Notes: a model not told the origin generated them from the letters alone. Positions 40,850 to 56,346 are shown, counted from the first letter of the stretch. The stretch is 64,000 nt of DNA from Octopus vulgaris (GCA_951406725.2 OX597814.1:39866001-39930000); one strand, 5' to 3'. Translations and numbers: made by a program.

Positions 40850-41775
40850 TAGCAAAGCAAAATGCGTCTCGGCAGTGGGCTGATAGGTGGGAACAAAAAC
40901 CTCTGCATGGCAGATATGTGGCCTGTAGCAAATAATCTGATGTAGGCGAGAAACACACACATCAGTGTCTATGGCGCTCAGGGCCAAAAGCAAAGCATGG
41001 AGGCTTTATCTTCGCTGCCCAAATTCAGAGATTATTGACCCGGAACTATTGCGCCAATAAGATGAAAAATGGTTTAGACCCAAAGTACCGATAGTGCAAC
41101 GATGTAAGGTTTTAGCACTTGTAGAGAACAAGTCAAGACATGAGAGAGCTGGCCAACATCTACAATGGATAATGTGTCGGCATTATAAAATCAAACTACT
41201 GACAAATGGTACAAGCACTACACTGAGTCTGTAACTGAAGAAGAAACTTTAACTATTCTTTAGGAGTTCACAGTATGTACAGATGTGGCCATCGAAGCAA
41301 ATAAGCCAGACGTTGTTGTGAAAGACAAAACATCAATAAAGTCTGTTTATTGATTGACATGAACGTATTTTGTGACCATAATATATCGGTAAAAGACTTT
41401 GATAAGCTCAGAAATTATGAGGAGGATTTGCTAATCGAAATCGAAATGATGTAGCTTCTCAAGACGGTTAAAATACCATTGATTGTGGGAGTATTTGGAA
41501 TAATCAAAAAATAAACTGCAGGCTTACCATCCATTCCAGAAGCGCAAAAGATTATCTTAATTAATTTGTTTACTCTTTTTATTTTTTTTTTCCTGTATCT
41601 GTCAGTCTTCCCCTTTTTCTCTGTCTCTGTCACATGATTTTGTAAATGAACAATCTGGTGGGGTTTTTTTTGTCTTTTTTTGTGCAATGGACTACCGATG
41701 TATACAGTACATTTCTTTGCCTTAAGTGTCTGGAAGACACCGCAAGAAATGGAAACAGAATTGAAAGAAGATATT
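40850..41775 (+). mobile_element. Decayed R4/Dong-like LINE 3' part (subfamily B)
   Basis: W.QKPLHGRY, GFIFAAQ, ANKPDVVVKD, CLLIDM, FDKLR.Y remnants. Confidence 0.75.
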
Positions 41776-41789
41776 AATAAAAATAATCT

Positions 41790-42310
41790 TTTCTACTATC
41801 GGCACAAGTCTTGACATTATGGTGGGAGGAGACTAATTGAATACTTCGACCCTAGTGTTTCACTGGTATTTAATTTATTGCCCCTGAGAGGATGAATGGC
41901 AAAGCCGACCTCGGCAGAATTTGAACTCAGAATGTAAGGACAGACAAATGCCACTAAGCATTTTGCTGGGAGTGCTAACGATTCTACCAGCTCGCCGCCC
42001 TAAAAATAACAACAACAGCAACAACAACAACGACAACAGCAGCAGCAGCAACAACAACAACAACAACAATAGTAATAATAATAATAATGGTGTCTGATTT
42101 TTTCCCATCAAAATAGAAGTTTTGATGGGAACAGATTAGATTAGACGATATCATTGACCTCGTTACTTAACTTTTACATTACTTTATTGACTCTGAAACG
42201 ATGGAAGGTAAATTTTGACCTGCTAGTACGTGATCTCAAGACATAAATAGCATTAAAAGATATGACAGTTACATTATCCGACACTTATGATCCTACCAGC
42301 TCGCCGACCA
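41790..42310 (-). mobile_element. Two SINE family A copies (41790-42000; diverged 42100-42310)
   Basis: Both end ccagctcgccg on the plus strand. Confidence 0.7.
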
Positions 42311-42349
42311 AATAATAGTAATGATGTTGACAACGACGACGACGACGAC

Positions 42350-42410
<61 letters not shown>

Positions 42411-43943
42411 TGATAATGATGGGGATGATAATTATAATAATACATTCTTTACTGGATTCTTTACTTCGGTGATTGCACTCTCACGGAAGAAATTCATTGA
42501 TCGCGTTTCTGTAAACACTGCATGCCGGCAATGACGCGTTAAGATTCTAGTGAGGGGGTCCTTGCTTTGAACCACAGAGGTGAAAATTGGTGATGGGCTT
42601 AACAGCTTGCATTAAATTATGGATAGACTATACTATTGTTATATATTGCTGACATATAACACCATATAGATACCAACCAGATGACACGATGCGGTGCATC
42701 CATGTCAATATTAGTACATTCAGGAAATTAAGTCGGTAGTTTTCACTAAGTTTGAGACGACCGAGCACATTTTCGAAGCTTTTGTCCCCACTTCTCTATT
42801 AACATCATAGTGTCTAAACGTGCTTTTAAGATGGTGATCCATCCATGCACTAACACAAAAGAGCAGGACGTGAAATTTATTGTTACTACAGTGGTGGACA
42901 TGGCCCTCAAATCCTCTCATTTCCAGGTAATTTATGATACACGATGGTGGTTTTGATACTGTCTCCTCTTCCTTTGTTTGACATATTGCATCTCAAGTTG
43001 TTGCCACTGGTATTGTTGTTGTTGCTGCTATCGTTGACTGCGAAGTGCATACTTTAAACTATCCTCCATTTACCTCACTTGCTACCCTACGGGTAAGAAT
43101 AAATGTGTAGAAGTCAGTTATTATTGTATTCCAAAAACTTTGATTCAAAATTTATGTGAGCCGAAGAAGAAAGGAAATAGATACGTCCTTACTGTTCCTG
43201 TAAGAATTTAAACTTTACTAACCGATAATATCCGCAATCTATCTCGTAGTAAAATTTACTGTAGCTATAAATAGTCGGTTATAGAGTGTGGCCGGGCCAG
43301 TCGGAGGTGGGGTTGTCTCTGCGGACTGTGCAATAAAGAAGGATCTGAGTTCCTTTAGGATAGCATTTTAATTAAACGAAATGAGTTAATGACATTTTGT
43401 ACAATGAGAAAATGTTGGACATCTCGCTACTATGGGCCGGCGACAACATTCAACATGTTAAGAAACGAAATTATTCTGCCACAAACCATGTTACAGATCT
43501 GCTGACTAATAGCCATACTACATTCTTTTGTGGAATACTTTGACCTGAAAATGACACACGTAAACATAAACACCTAATTATAAATCTATTCATGCATGAA
43601 TAAATTCTAACAACTAGCACTTCCCCAATTTAATCAATAAAAATTCTCCATATCTTCTTACCATTTCAACCCAACGTACAGTCTAATTATTATTCAACAG
43701 AATTCAGGTCATCCAGAGAAGTTTTCCACTTAAGGGGGACCATATAAAACTGAGATGAAACTAAATGATTTGCAGCCCGATGATGGCTTAGGTGACTGAA
43801 ATTTCGAAATCACTGTCAATACGGTTCTTGTTAAAGAATAATAAATTTGTACTAAATGTATTGAGTAATTCTTCAATTCACCCAAAATTGGTGTAATTAT
43901 AACATAAAAACAAACATCAATGCACACACACTCACAAGCAGGT

Positions 43944-43994
<51 letters not shown>

Positions 43995-44059
43995 AACACA
44001 CATAAGAAACGCATACAGATAAACGCACACGGACACAGACTTAAATATTTGTTGTATAT

Positions 44060-44470
44060 TCTTTTATTCTTTTATTTGTATCAGTCCTTTCCCTGCAACC
44101 ATGCTGGAGCATTGCCTTTTTTCGAACCAGTCGACCCCCAGGACTTATCCTCTGTAAGCCTAGTACTTATTCTTTCGATATCTTTTGCCGAAACACTAAG
44201 TTACCGGGGCACAAACACAAACCTATACATATATATTCATACATACATACACATATATTATATTATATTACCCCCCACACACACACACACATACATACAT
44301 ATATATATAAATATATGACGGGCTTCTTTCTGTTTCCGTCAACCAAATCTAATCACAAGGCTTTGACTTGCCCGAGGCTAGAGTAGAAGACACTTGCAGA
44401 AAGTGCCATGCAGTGGGACGGAACCCGGAACCATGTGACTGGTAAACAGGCTACTTACCAAACAGCCTAT
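44060..44470 (-). mobile_element. SINE family B, full length with internal microsatellite
   Basis: Reverse complement of the 8800-9390 copy. Confidence 0.75.
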
Positions 44471-45402
44471 ACGAAGACAAGTTGCTTGTGTGTTTATGTG
44501 ATTGTGTGCATAATTTGTAATATAAAATCTTTCCATTGAACCATAACAGACGCAGTTGAAATGATTAATCATTGGTGTTACATTTAGTTGTCCCGAGCGT
44601 GAATTAGTCTTATCTACTCTTTATACGAGTTACATGTGTTATTTTCATAGACCTGAAGTATTTCCTAAATTAGGTTTAAACGTGAAATAGGATTTGACTG
44701 ATAAAGCCTATATTATTGCATTGCGTGGTGTTTCTTTTTCTCTTTTTTTTGTTCGAGTTTAGTACGTTCTAACATGCTCTTTTGTTGTCCAACGTCCACT
44801 GCTACATATCTAACAACAGATATAGAGATTTACTGGTGAAATATCGTATCACTGTCACTGAATGCCGAAAGAGATTTAATTGACTTTACTTTCCCGAATA
44901 CTATGAAGTGTTGTGCGAATCGTTGAGGTGAAAATTACCAAAAGAAAATTTCTTGTTAAAATCATTGGCTGTCTATCTATTTTAGAATTTAATGCAAATT
45001 TAAACGGTTTTGGGAATAACGAATAAATTTATTATTTAATGCTACATATAATCAATATAATTAACGACTTTCCATCTTGGTGCATTTCGTGTTTACATTA
45101 TTTAATATCTCAATTATCTTCCAATTGCACAATGCCAAAATTTAGAATGGCAAAATGTTAAACCACTATGGGTATGTTTCTAACGTGTTAAGTAATTATT
45201 AAACAAAATATCTGGAAATTATTAATATATTTACGTCCTTGTGCTACAGCTTTTCTAAGCTTTCGAACAATGAATATAATTTAATCGCGAATATATAAAC
45301 ATTACTCGATTACAATTAAGGGGATATCGGAAAAGAGTGTATTTGTGATGGTTGTAGAAAATAAATAAATAAATAAATAAATAAATAAATTATAATAATA
45401 AC

Positions 45403-45504
<102 letters not shown>

Positions 45505-46451
45505 GCTACTGCTGCTGCTGTTGCTGCTGATGATGATGATTATAATGGCAATAACAAATATAATGATGATAATAACAATAATAATAAAAAGATCTCCGCG
45601 TGAAAGTATGTTATTTAATTCAAAGAAGTAAACGGTATTGATTTTCGAGTAACATTGATAATTGTCATGCGTTACAAGCGTACATTTGACGGTAAACAGT
45701 AAATTACGTTGATGCTAAACAAAGACATGAAAGATATAATTATTCCACCCTTCCAAAAACATTGAAATTATAGTATTTTCAGAGATTTTATTGCACAATT
45801 AAGATCGAACTGCTCATGAACACGGAAACACAGAACACTTTAAAAACAGAATAAATACAATAATCTAACCAAACGCAAAATGAAATCAGCCAAACAAAAG
45901 GAGCCAGAAACTAGAAGCATAGTAATGTTTGCATGCAGCTTCAACTGATACTGATATCCCTAATTGATATAGAGTTTATATTTTAATTTCCAACGTTTAG
46001 TGATAAGGAGCGAGACAAATAAAGAAAGCAATTTAGCCACCTTGATTTGGAAATCATTTGAATATATCGATTTATATAACAAGTAGTAATATGAATAATT
46101 TTAACTGCAAATAATTTATTATAAAAGCAAGAGTGAGGTTAAAATGCGAAAATTCGACGGAAGGTAGTGTAATATTTGACGGCTAAAACAGCGATTTGTA
46201 AAGATAACAAAAACATCCAACTTAAACTAAGCTCTCAAGCGAAAATAATGAAAAAAATCAAAGGTCGCTTGGAGAACGCACGTAATACATACATCTCACA
46301 TCCAACATACTTGTATTTCATATCAAACACACCGCGAGTTATATAAAGTGATTTTTCATTATGATAAAATTCATTATACCAAACCTCATGTATACACACG
46401 TACACTAATGCATGTGTGTACATATGTGTTTATGTATGTATGTTTGTATGC

Positions 46452-46490
<39 letters not shown>

Positions 46491-46536
46491 CAATATAAAT
46501 ATATGCATATATATACATATATGAACATACCTACAT

Positions 46537-46589
<53 letters not shown>

Positions 46590-46880
46590 TATACATGCAT
46601 ATATGGGTACAGGACATGACAAAAAAACGTAGACAAAATGAGAAACGTGAACATAAAAACAAAAACAGAGAAAATGAACTTTTTCGAACAACGAAAGAAT
46701 CACACAGACAGAGAAACGAGACAGGCAACATAAAGAACGTTCCCTTCATCAGTTGTCACCTGTTTTATCTACTCTGCCTTTTGAAAGTAGGGACAAGACG
46801 CGACCTCGTTAAACCAGTCCTTCTCGTAAAGCAAATTAAATGAAATTTGAGATTTTTTTGTGGAGGGTGAAAGTGGTAAC
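46590..46880 (-). mobile_element. Non-coding interspersed repeat carrying a permuted hammerhead-like motif (copy B, decayed)
   Basis: Homologous to 18800-19100; abuts (TA)n. Confidence 0.7.
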
Positions 46881-46999
46881 AATTTCGGGCTTACAATATC
46901 TTCATTCGATTTTGTATTCATGCAGTTTTGGCGAAGCAAATCTTGGAATTCAGCCTTTGATAGTCCTATTTAAGTATAATTTAAGCGGGGGAGGTTTAG

Positions 47000-47570
47000 A
47001 TGAAAATAGAGATTGCTGTGAAATACGATATTACTATATTCTGGTAATCATTCAAAGTTAAAGTGATGGTTCATGATCTAAGGAAATAGATTGAAGCCTT
47101 CACTAGTTCGAGTAGATATCACACTGGCTGCGAGAAAATCTATAATTGTATTCGAGGGAAAATAATGAAAAAGCAACGATAGGCTTCAACAGATCGACAT
47201 TACCATCGGCTCCAGCGATTCCACTCAGGCAACAAACTTTGTGAGTATTTATGCTTTATATGTATCAATAGAGAATTTCCTGGAACGGTGGTGGGGAGTT
47301 ATATAGGGAAAACGCTCGCTTTAATGTATATAAATATAGCAATATAATGAGAAATAATGGGAAAAAATGTTATTTAATTTATTTAAAGACTTATACGTGA
47401 TTATTTTCACTGAAAACGGACAGTAAAATGAATATTCTAGATGTCACTTTGGATTTGGCTTCATGAGAATATCAACTCTATGATACACGGAATGATTTTA
47501 CGTGAGTAAAATTTCAAATCATCCTGAAACTATTATTGGCTCCATCTTTCAAAAGAATATTTCTATTCGT
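47000..47570 (+). mobile_element. Highly decayed Penelope-like RT remnant
   Basis: KMNILDVTLDL..SNHPETI thumb-like remnants. Confidence 0.5.
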
Positions 47571-48015
47571 ATATCTTATTCGTATATATAATTAAATTGC
47601 GTATATACATCTACGCTGCATGAATATATACTGCAATTGAAGTAACTGGATGCCCATATATGCTACATCAAGGAACATTAGGTCGCCTATGCCTCAGAAA
47701 AACGTGTCGGGCTGAAATACAGCGTGATTCTATTGAGAGTAAAACTGTGATAAACAAGGTTTGAAGATATATAAATCTCAGTTTCTTTTATTTATATCTT
47801 GAATATATAGTCGTTGTGCCTTATAACATGCAAGAAAGGGGTCTCACGATTTATCTGTTCAATGAAATATCATACAATTCTTATTTTTAAACAATTTTAT
47901 GTCTTCCTTATCATTCGATGGGATTAACGACGCCTGGATAATATCACAATACCACTAATACCACTATTTGACTGGATTATAAATCTCTAATCTTTAAAGG
48001 TTTAAACACACACAC

Positions 48016-48068
<53 letters not shown>

Positions 48069-49775
48069 TTTATACAAATATAGGTTTTAATTGAAACTTA
48101 AACTGCGGGCGAGTGTTTGTCTCGAGACCCAAGCTTCATGTTATTGCGAAATACGTTTTATATTTTATATTGTAACATCCAACATTTTAACGGTTTTAAT
48201 AAGCAATCCTCTATTACTTGTTAGTTGCATCTTTGCTATGTATGGCTGCCAAATAATTACGCACGCATGTAATAATAATATCAGAAAATTCGCTTTTGAA
48301 CTTGAACAATTTAGACCAGTACTGACGTTAGAGAAATTGAAGTAACATTATTCCATACAAAATAGTGTACGAAACTTATATGGAAAATTGACTTAGCGAA
48401 AGAACATCACAGTGGTTTATTTAGCAACAGATCTCAAATACCCATTCTGTATAACAGACTATCATACGTAGTTTGAAACTATTTTCTTTTGAGTAAATGT
48501 ATTGTTTCTCAGCATACAGGTTTCTATACTAATTACGAGAGTAATATTAAGAATTCTTCTGTCTCAGTAACATATCTGGAATTATATATATATAATTTGC
48601 AATCTGTGATATTGTGGGTGCCGTACATACTGTGATATGCGTGTATGCTACAACAACACACACAACGAAACATTGTATAAAGATGAACAATTATAATATG
48701 TGGTAGTATAGCGCATCGTATAACGTATTCTTGTATACGTATATAATCAAAATGAACACCAAGTGTAAAGAAATTGAAAATTATCTAAATTTGGGATAAT
48801 TCGTTTCATAAAGGAAAAACAGAATTATTTAGAAAATATATCATAGTTATGACGTCGGTTTACATTGAGAGAATTGTGTAACAATGCATTAAATGTATAC
48901 TTAAGAAGTAAGGGACGTGAGGTTACAATCAATGTGGCAATATGATTAAACGAAAAGACTGAGAGGGAGGACGTGTGGGAAAGACAGAAGGTGTGCAAGG
49001 AAGAAATACGAGAGAGGGACAAAAGAAGCAGTTTGTGGAGGAAACAGAGAAGTCTTAAGAACAAAAATGGAGGGAAAGAGAGAGAGAGTGATACGAAGTA
49101 ATTAAGTGTGACAAGCTATAAATGTTACAATATGCTTACATGTGTAGAAATAAATGCGTAATGTGGCCATAAATGTAGTTCTTGAAAAGAATTTTAATGT
49201 TTAATCACGAATATATAATTTGTTAATTTACTTATGTAGCAATCATTCTTGTGCAATTTTAAACAGCCAAGAAAAACTGTAATGTATATATTGGGTGTGT
49301 ATATGTGTACCACTAAATATATATATATGTGTGTGTGTGTGAGTGTGTGTATAGAGAGAGAGAGGGGGTGGAAGAGAGAGATAATAAATAAATATAGATA
49401 TATATACGTACGGAAATTTCTATATCCGTATGTATCAGTCTCTGTGTGTGTGGCTTCTAGGTTCTCGGGCATCCTCCATCCGATTACGCTCATATTTGAT
49501 TTGTAGATACCGACGGTATCATGGCGTGTATAAATCTTGAAATAATTACAAATATCGCTTCCAGGTGAGAATGCGATCGATAAAGCCGTGGGTAGTCGTT
49601 TTTCTTTGGAATATGATCAAAATCTATCGTTATTTCTTCCTTTGCTGGAGTATCAAATTTAGGTTAAGTGTTTCTCAAAAGAGACGCCTATGGGACGGTC
49701 GGACAAGTTGATTTGAGAAAAATTGGTTTAGATGTTTGATAACTGAGTACTGTCCATTCGACGGGGTGGGGAGGC

Positions 49776-49853
<78 letters not shown>

Positions 49854-50443
49854 GTATACATACATGTAAATGAAAAATTGACCATGTAATTTATTAACAG
49901 TCTGTCTAGCAGTTCGGTTAATAGATATGAAATTGTACATGTGTGATCTATAGTACATACGTAGATGTTTAAGCGTATGAGAGATACATATCTTATGTAT
50001 AATCACTCAAGATGTCTATTTATTATACACTTAGAGGGTAAGAGAAAGAACAGCTCAACTACATGCGTGTCATGTGTTTGTGTATGTATGTGGGGTTGTG
50101 CGCGCACGTGCGTATGTGTGCACGTTTGTGTATATTTGTGTAAACCTTGTCTGTGTATGTGAGTGTGAGTTTTTGGTAAGCTGAGTGGTATGCCGAGTGC
50201 TATGTTTGTGCTTGTGGAACAAGTGTGCTCATTGGTTTTATGTGTGTATTTATGACAGTGTTCGTGTGTGAAGTTATGATGTTTCAGTGCCCATGTGTAA
50301 TAAGTTCATTGGATGCAAATTTAAGGATAGCACTTGACGGACTGCTAGTTTATGTGGACGGAAATACGCAAACACTGAATGTGGGTTACAGAAACAGAGA
50401 AAAATACACAGAGTTATCAGCTTACTCCTACGAATATAAACAC

Positions 50444-50484
<41 letters not shown>

Positions 50485-50487
<3 letters not shown>

Positions 50488-53400
50488 CTTCCACAATTAT
50501 GAAACACAATTCATATTAAACCATAAATCCAAAAACCCATTCTTATAAGGACCCACAACACAGACTTCCAATGTCCCCCATAAACACCACCCCAAACCAC
50601 ACCTCAAACACACATACTCTCCAAACCCCCTCTAAACAGGACAAAACCTCCCCCAACCATACAAAAAGCCCACCCCAAAACCTGGATCTCTAATCATTCT
50701 AACACCGCTCCCCCACCGACAAGAACCATCAAGAACCTCCCATGCACTAGGAATTATCTCTCCCTCAATACTCCCCTCTCTCACACTAATAATAAACAAG
50801 GCATCCTACCTACACCGATACATATAATACCCACCCAACGAACCCCTTACAGTCCACCCATCCAACAACCACATTACTACCACATTTCCTACAGATCTCC
50901 AAACCCTCACATCCCACACGAACCCAATCACCACAACTTCATACCCCCCAACATCCTCCCATACAATCTACCATACAAACACCCAAAAACCCACCGCATT
51001 TCTCACAAAACCTTACACCAACACATCCCATACCAACATAAGCACTACAACTATCTACCTCCCCACCCAAAAACACCCCCACTCATACAACCAGAACATT
51101 AATAAACAATACACCCCTTAATTTAACCACCATTTTTTAGACAGAGGAGAAAAATACAAACACCATCTCTAACACAGACCCAAACTAAGAAAACAAAAAT
51201 TATAAACCTATCCAGCAAAACACTGACAACAACCCAAATCAACATCCTAGCAAGAGGTTTGAAATTCACACCCACCCCAAGAACACCCAACCCCCCCCCA
51301 GAAGTAAAGGACGACGTTTCTGAATTCTGCAGAAAACTTCGATTAACAGAAGCTCTGACAGATCTCAACAATGAGGACGATTCATTGATCAACAACAAAA
51401 GTCACTTCCTACCATCAAAAGGAAGAAATAAGGCACTGGACGATTTTTGCAAACACATCCAGCGTCTCCCCTTTACTTCAGACAAAACCAAGGTAAAATC
51501 CAATTTCAATATGGAGGAATGGAAAAACTTACGTGACTTACAACTGGACAAAATCCTTACCATCAAAGAAGCCGACAAAGTGAGCGCTGTGGTCCTTATA
51601 GTTACGGAATTTTATAAACATCTAGTGGTTTCCCTGCTAAACAACAACACCTTCTATGAGGTTATTACAACTATAAACAACAAAAACAATCAAAAACCAC
51701 ACTACACTTATACTCCAACACGGTCAAGGACTCACAGAAAAAAGAAAGGGATTATATCACTAATTTCAAATGCAAGCCTAGCCTTTTTTATGGCCTTCTT
51801 AAAGTCCATAAATACAAATACATCACCAAAATCTGCAAACTCTCCTCTGACATCCACATCAACATCAAAGCACCGGAGGACCTAAAACTAAGGCCCATCG
51901 TGGCTGGCACCTCCTGTGAAACACGCCGCTTGAGTAATTTCCTAGACATCCTTTTGAAACCTTTCCTTACTCACATAAAAGTTTCATTAGGGATGATCTG
52001 GACATGCAAAAACACCTCCCGAAATCAGTAACCGAGGAGGCGCTCCTGGTATCCTTTGATGTCATCAACCTCTACACCAACATCCCACATAAATATAGTA
52101 TTGAGGCAATTGATTTCTGGCTAGAAAAAAACCCAGAGACATTCCCTGACCGCATCCACAAGACCTTTATTACGGAATCACTCAAGTTCATTCTGACAAA
52201 CAATTATTTCCTCTTCAATAACACACACTACCATAAAAAATGTGGTATTGCGATGGGTACCAAGGCTGCACCAGCCCTTGCGAACCTCATAATGAGCTTC
52301 TTCGAACTATCACTCTATGAAATATCACGCCAGAAATTTGGACGTTTTCCACACCTACCTAATGGAAAACTGGAAAAGTTATATTGATGATTGTTTCATC
52401 ATATGGAAAGAATCTTATGAAAAGCTTCTGGAATTCAAAAGCATACTGAACAACATACATCCCAACATCCAATTCACTATGGAATGCAGCAAACAACATC
52501 TCCCTTTTTCCATGATCTCCTAGTTATAAAAACACCTAAGAACCAAATCATAACAGACATCTACCACAAACTTTCAGACTCACAACAATACCTCCTCTTT
52601 AGTTCATGCCACCCAAAACACACCAAGACAAATATCCCTCTCAAATTAGCTAAAAGGGTATGCACCATTGTCTCGGATCCAAAAACTCGAGAAATACGCA
52701 TTCAAGACCTCAAAAAACACTATTACAACGCCAATATCCCTCCACCCTTATAGAGTATGGAATAAAACGCACCAAAGAACTTGACAACATTACACTGAAA
52801 ACAACCCAACCCAACAACACACACAACCCCAAAATACTTCCATACATTTCCACCCACAACCCCAAAACTACCGAAGCATACACCACAATCATACAAAATC
52901 TCACTCTACTGTCAACAGATCTAAAATTATAAATACACACAAAATCCTCAAATGTAAAAGGCAACACAAATCTTTAAAAAAACTGTTGACAAATGCCACA
53001 TCCACTCCCAGCAGTTAAAAAATGTGCACGCCCAAACTGTGGCACCTGCCCCTTCCTACTTGAAGGCTCTGAATTCATCTTCAAACAAGGAACGAAGTTT
53101 AAAATCAAGATCAACTTCTCCTGTTCCTCCGAGAACCTTATCTACGTTCTCACATGCGCCGGTTGCCAACACAATTATGTTGGACAAACGAGCCTCCCTT
53201 TACGTAAAGGTGTAGCGATCCATAAAAAATAAATAAATCTCCCGGAATACCGGCAAATTCCACTGAGTCGCCACATAGACTCATGCGCTAAAGACAAAAA
53301 TCTCAAATTTTACATATTACCCTTCTGCCAATGTAAAGACGGAATCACCACACAGGTGAGAATTAACAAGGAGAATCTCTTTATTGAAAAATTCAAAACG

Positions 53401-54200
53401 CATCTTAATATGCAAACTCCTCGTTGATCATACTTCTTTTTTCTACCTCATTCTTCATGGTTGGACTAATACAAATAGAAAAGGATACCATACAGTCATC
53501 ACTTCAAGCTAAAACTTATATTCTTTATTTATCATTATTCTTATGTTATTATTATTATTTTAATTTTTATTATATATGACATAACAATCTGAAATGTAAT
53601 CATAAATTGGTTTATGTAAATTTGTATAATTAGAAAACAATATAAATAAAGTGTTAAAATCTAAATGTTAAGTTAGCTACCAATTATATATAAAAAAATA
53701 ATGCAAATGATAATGTTATAATTTAAGGTTTATTAACACCCTTTATCACAAAAAATTGATCACCCCAATTTGAAGAGCTTAAAACCCACAGAGTTGTCTC
53801 CCCTTACTCACAGGAACTGAACAACTACTTCCTGTTCTGATATTCACTTAACATACATGCTTAATTAAATTAAACAGCACATGGATTTAATCACAAGGAT
53901 CTCAATCCTCCAAGGTAATTTTTTCAAGAACTATCATTAAACTCGATATACACAAAGACTTTACAATGTATCGGTGGACCTATTTTTTTATTTTTGTATA
54001 TGTTTATTATTATTTTTTTGCAAAAATCAATGTAATTTTCTTTTGTTCCCCTCCTCAAACGTAAAAAAAAATTATTTACAACTTACAATTCTTGAAAAGT
54101 CACATTGTGACGAAAACCGGGTTGAATTAATATATATATATATATATATATTATTAATTCTTCAAAATTTTCCATACACCCATTTTCAGTAAGATTTTAC
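50485..54200 (+). mobile_element. Near full-length decayed Penelope-like element (Neptune-like Cys-rich linker) between (TA)n arrays
   Basis: IINLSSK..LARGLKFTPTP; IKEADK; LVSFDVINLYTNIP; GIAMGTKAAP; YIDDCF; CARPNCGTC; NLIYVLTCAGCQHNYVGQT; stop at 53427; several frameshifts. Confidence 0.9.
54087..54128 (+). ncRNA. Type I hammerhead with U3-A8 core variant in PLE 3' region
   Basis: aattc|TTGAAAA|gtcac att gtgac|GAAA|accgg|GTT|gaatt; stem III has one mismatch. Confidence 0.65.
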
Positions 54201-54238
54201 TTAAATCTAGCATTCTGACTTTTTATAATTTTTCGTTG

Positions 54239-54296
<58 letters not shown>

Positions 54297-54317
54297 GCTA
54301 TATACATACATACATAT

Positions 54318-54393
<76 letters not shown>

Positions 54394-54589
54394 GTGTGTG
54401 TGTGTGAAGTATATTTGCCATCTAAATATGGCTAACCACTAAGAGTGGATGTTACTACAGCTTGTAGTCCCAGGAGAACATTTTCTCCAGCTGGCTATTG
54501 ACATAATTTCTGTGCCCTATCTGTATTTGAAAATGGTAGCCAACCTTCTCATCGTCAACCTGCGTGATTCGCACGGACTCGAGTTTCTG

Positions 54590-54810
54590 GGCATTATCTG
54601 ATGTAAAAGTGACATCAATGGAGCTGGACTCAATCCCATTGAAATTTCAAAACTTCTTAAGACAACTGGAAATCCCACGCAAGATTGATTTCTTGCAAAA
54701 AGCAACCTTATTGGGCACTGCATGCATCTTAAGGAAAGTATTATGCTTGAGCTCCTTGTTGAGACTTAACAGATGACTAGAGGCTCCGGTGCATTTTTAC
54801 CTACACTGTG
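54590..54810 (+). mobile_element. RLE-LINE 3' remnant
   Basis: LQKATLLGTACILRKVL. Confidence 0.6.
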
Positions 54811-54881
54811 TTACTAGGGAAAAATAATAATAATAAGAAGAAGAACAACAACAACAAGAACAACATCAACAACAACAACAG

Positions 54882-54913
<32 letters not shown>

Positions 54914-54969
54914 GCAGCAGCAGCAGCAACAACAACAACAACAGCAACAACAACAACAACAGCAACAAC

Positions 54970-55027
<58 letters not shown>

Positions 55028-55030
<3 letters not shown>

Positions 55031-55719
55031 GCCCTGATGCAGTACCAGGCAGTGGTTCTCATGGCTTCTGATCTTTACTGATTGGAAGTGTTTTCATGTA
55101 CATTGTTTTGTCTTGGTATAAAAGATGGGCTACAGCAAATATTCTGCTCTATACCACAGATTATGCCCCGATGCAGTACCAGGCAGTGGCTCTCATGGCT
55201 TCTGATCTTAACTGATTGGAAGTGTTATCATGTACATTATTTTGTCTTGGTATAAAAGATGGGCTACAGCAAATATTCTGCTCAATACCACAGATTTGCT
55301 TGTCAGTTGTTTGACCGTAACCAGTTAAGCATGTCCCTTAGTGGCTGACGATATGTGCATCTCTGATCACGAGCAGAAGTAGTGGGGAAGCATCATAGCC
55401 ATGTGTTGAGAGGGACTCTTTGGGGGTTTGAATAATTCACCTCTGGAAACATGGGTGGTTCTTTCAACATCCTTAAACAACCATTATTCAGGGGCCTTTT
55501 GAGTGGGATGTGCTACTCAACCTGAAGAAAATTCTAACTGGTCCCCACCTGCAAGGTCATGTGCTGTTTATCTTGATATGAAAACACCATGTCGCGCACA
55601 TATGGTTGTGATGCATGTGCCTGATGTACCCTTATCAGACGGGTAGTCATGATGTGTATATTGGGCTTCGTATATTTTACCCCAGTATCACTTTGATGGC
55701 ATGAACTGCTCTCTCACTC

Positions 55720-55720
<1 letters not shown>
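55028..55720. mobile_element. Non-coding ~560-bp element in (TAA)n, with a ~134-bp terminal tandem duplication
   Basis: Near-identical copy at 60648-61205; 55030-55162 is repeated at 55164-55296. Confidence 0.8.
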
Positions 55721-55759
<39 letters not shown>

Positions 55760-55762
<3 letters not shown>

Positions 55763-56262
55763 TAACAAAAACACCAGGACTTACAAACAACAACAAGAAG
55801 AAGAAGAAATACTAATCGATATAAACGTATAAACATATCTGTCAAGACCTACCATAAACTGAGCAAATATAAAGATTTTGAAATATAAATTAGCAAAATG
55901 TGGATCCTGAAGACTGAAACAATACCTGTTGTCATAGGTGCCCTGGGAATGATAGCAAAAGGGGCTGATTACTACATTGTTCAGATACCAAGAAACACCA
56001 ACATGGAAGAAATTCAAAAGATAGTGCTCATGGGAATTGCTCATATCCTACGAAAAATACATTCTATGTAATCTCAAGTTTTAAATCAAACATCATTTTC
56101 TCATGGCTTCTTAAACATTCTCTTGTAGAACACTAGGTACAAAACCAAATGTATGGCACCCTAGGCATAACACCATCATGAACTTCCAACCTGTTGTCTC
56201 TTGAGGTCTCTGGGTGAGACTTGGAGCCAACTTGTACGAATGTAAAGCAAAAGTCGAACATA
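55760..56262 (+). mobile_element. R4/Dong-like LINE 3' fragment
   Basis: Matches 31280-31755; followed by (TAA)n. Confidence 0.85.
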
Positions 56263-56267
56263 TTATG

Positions 56268-56346
<79 letters not shown>

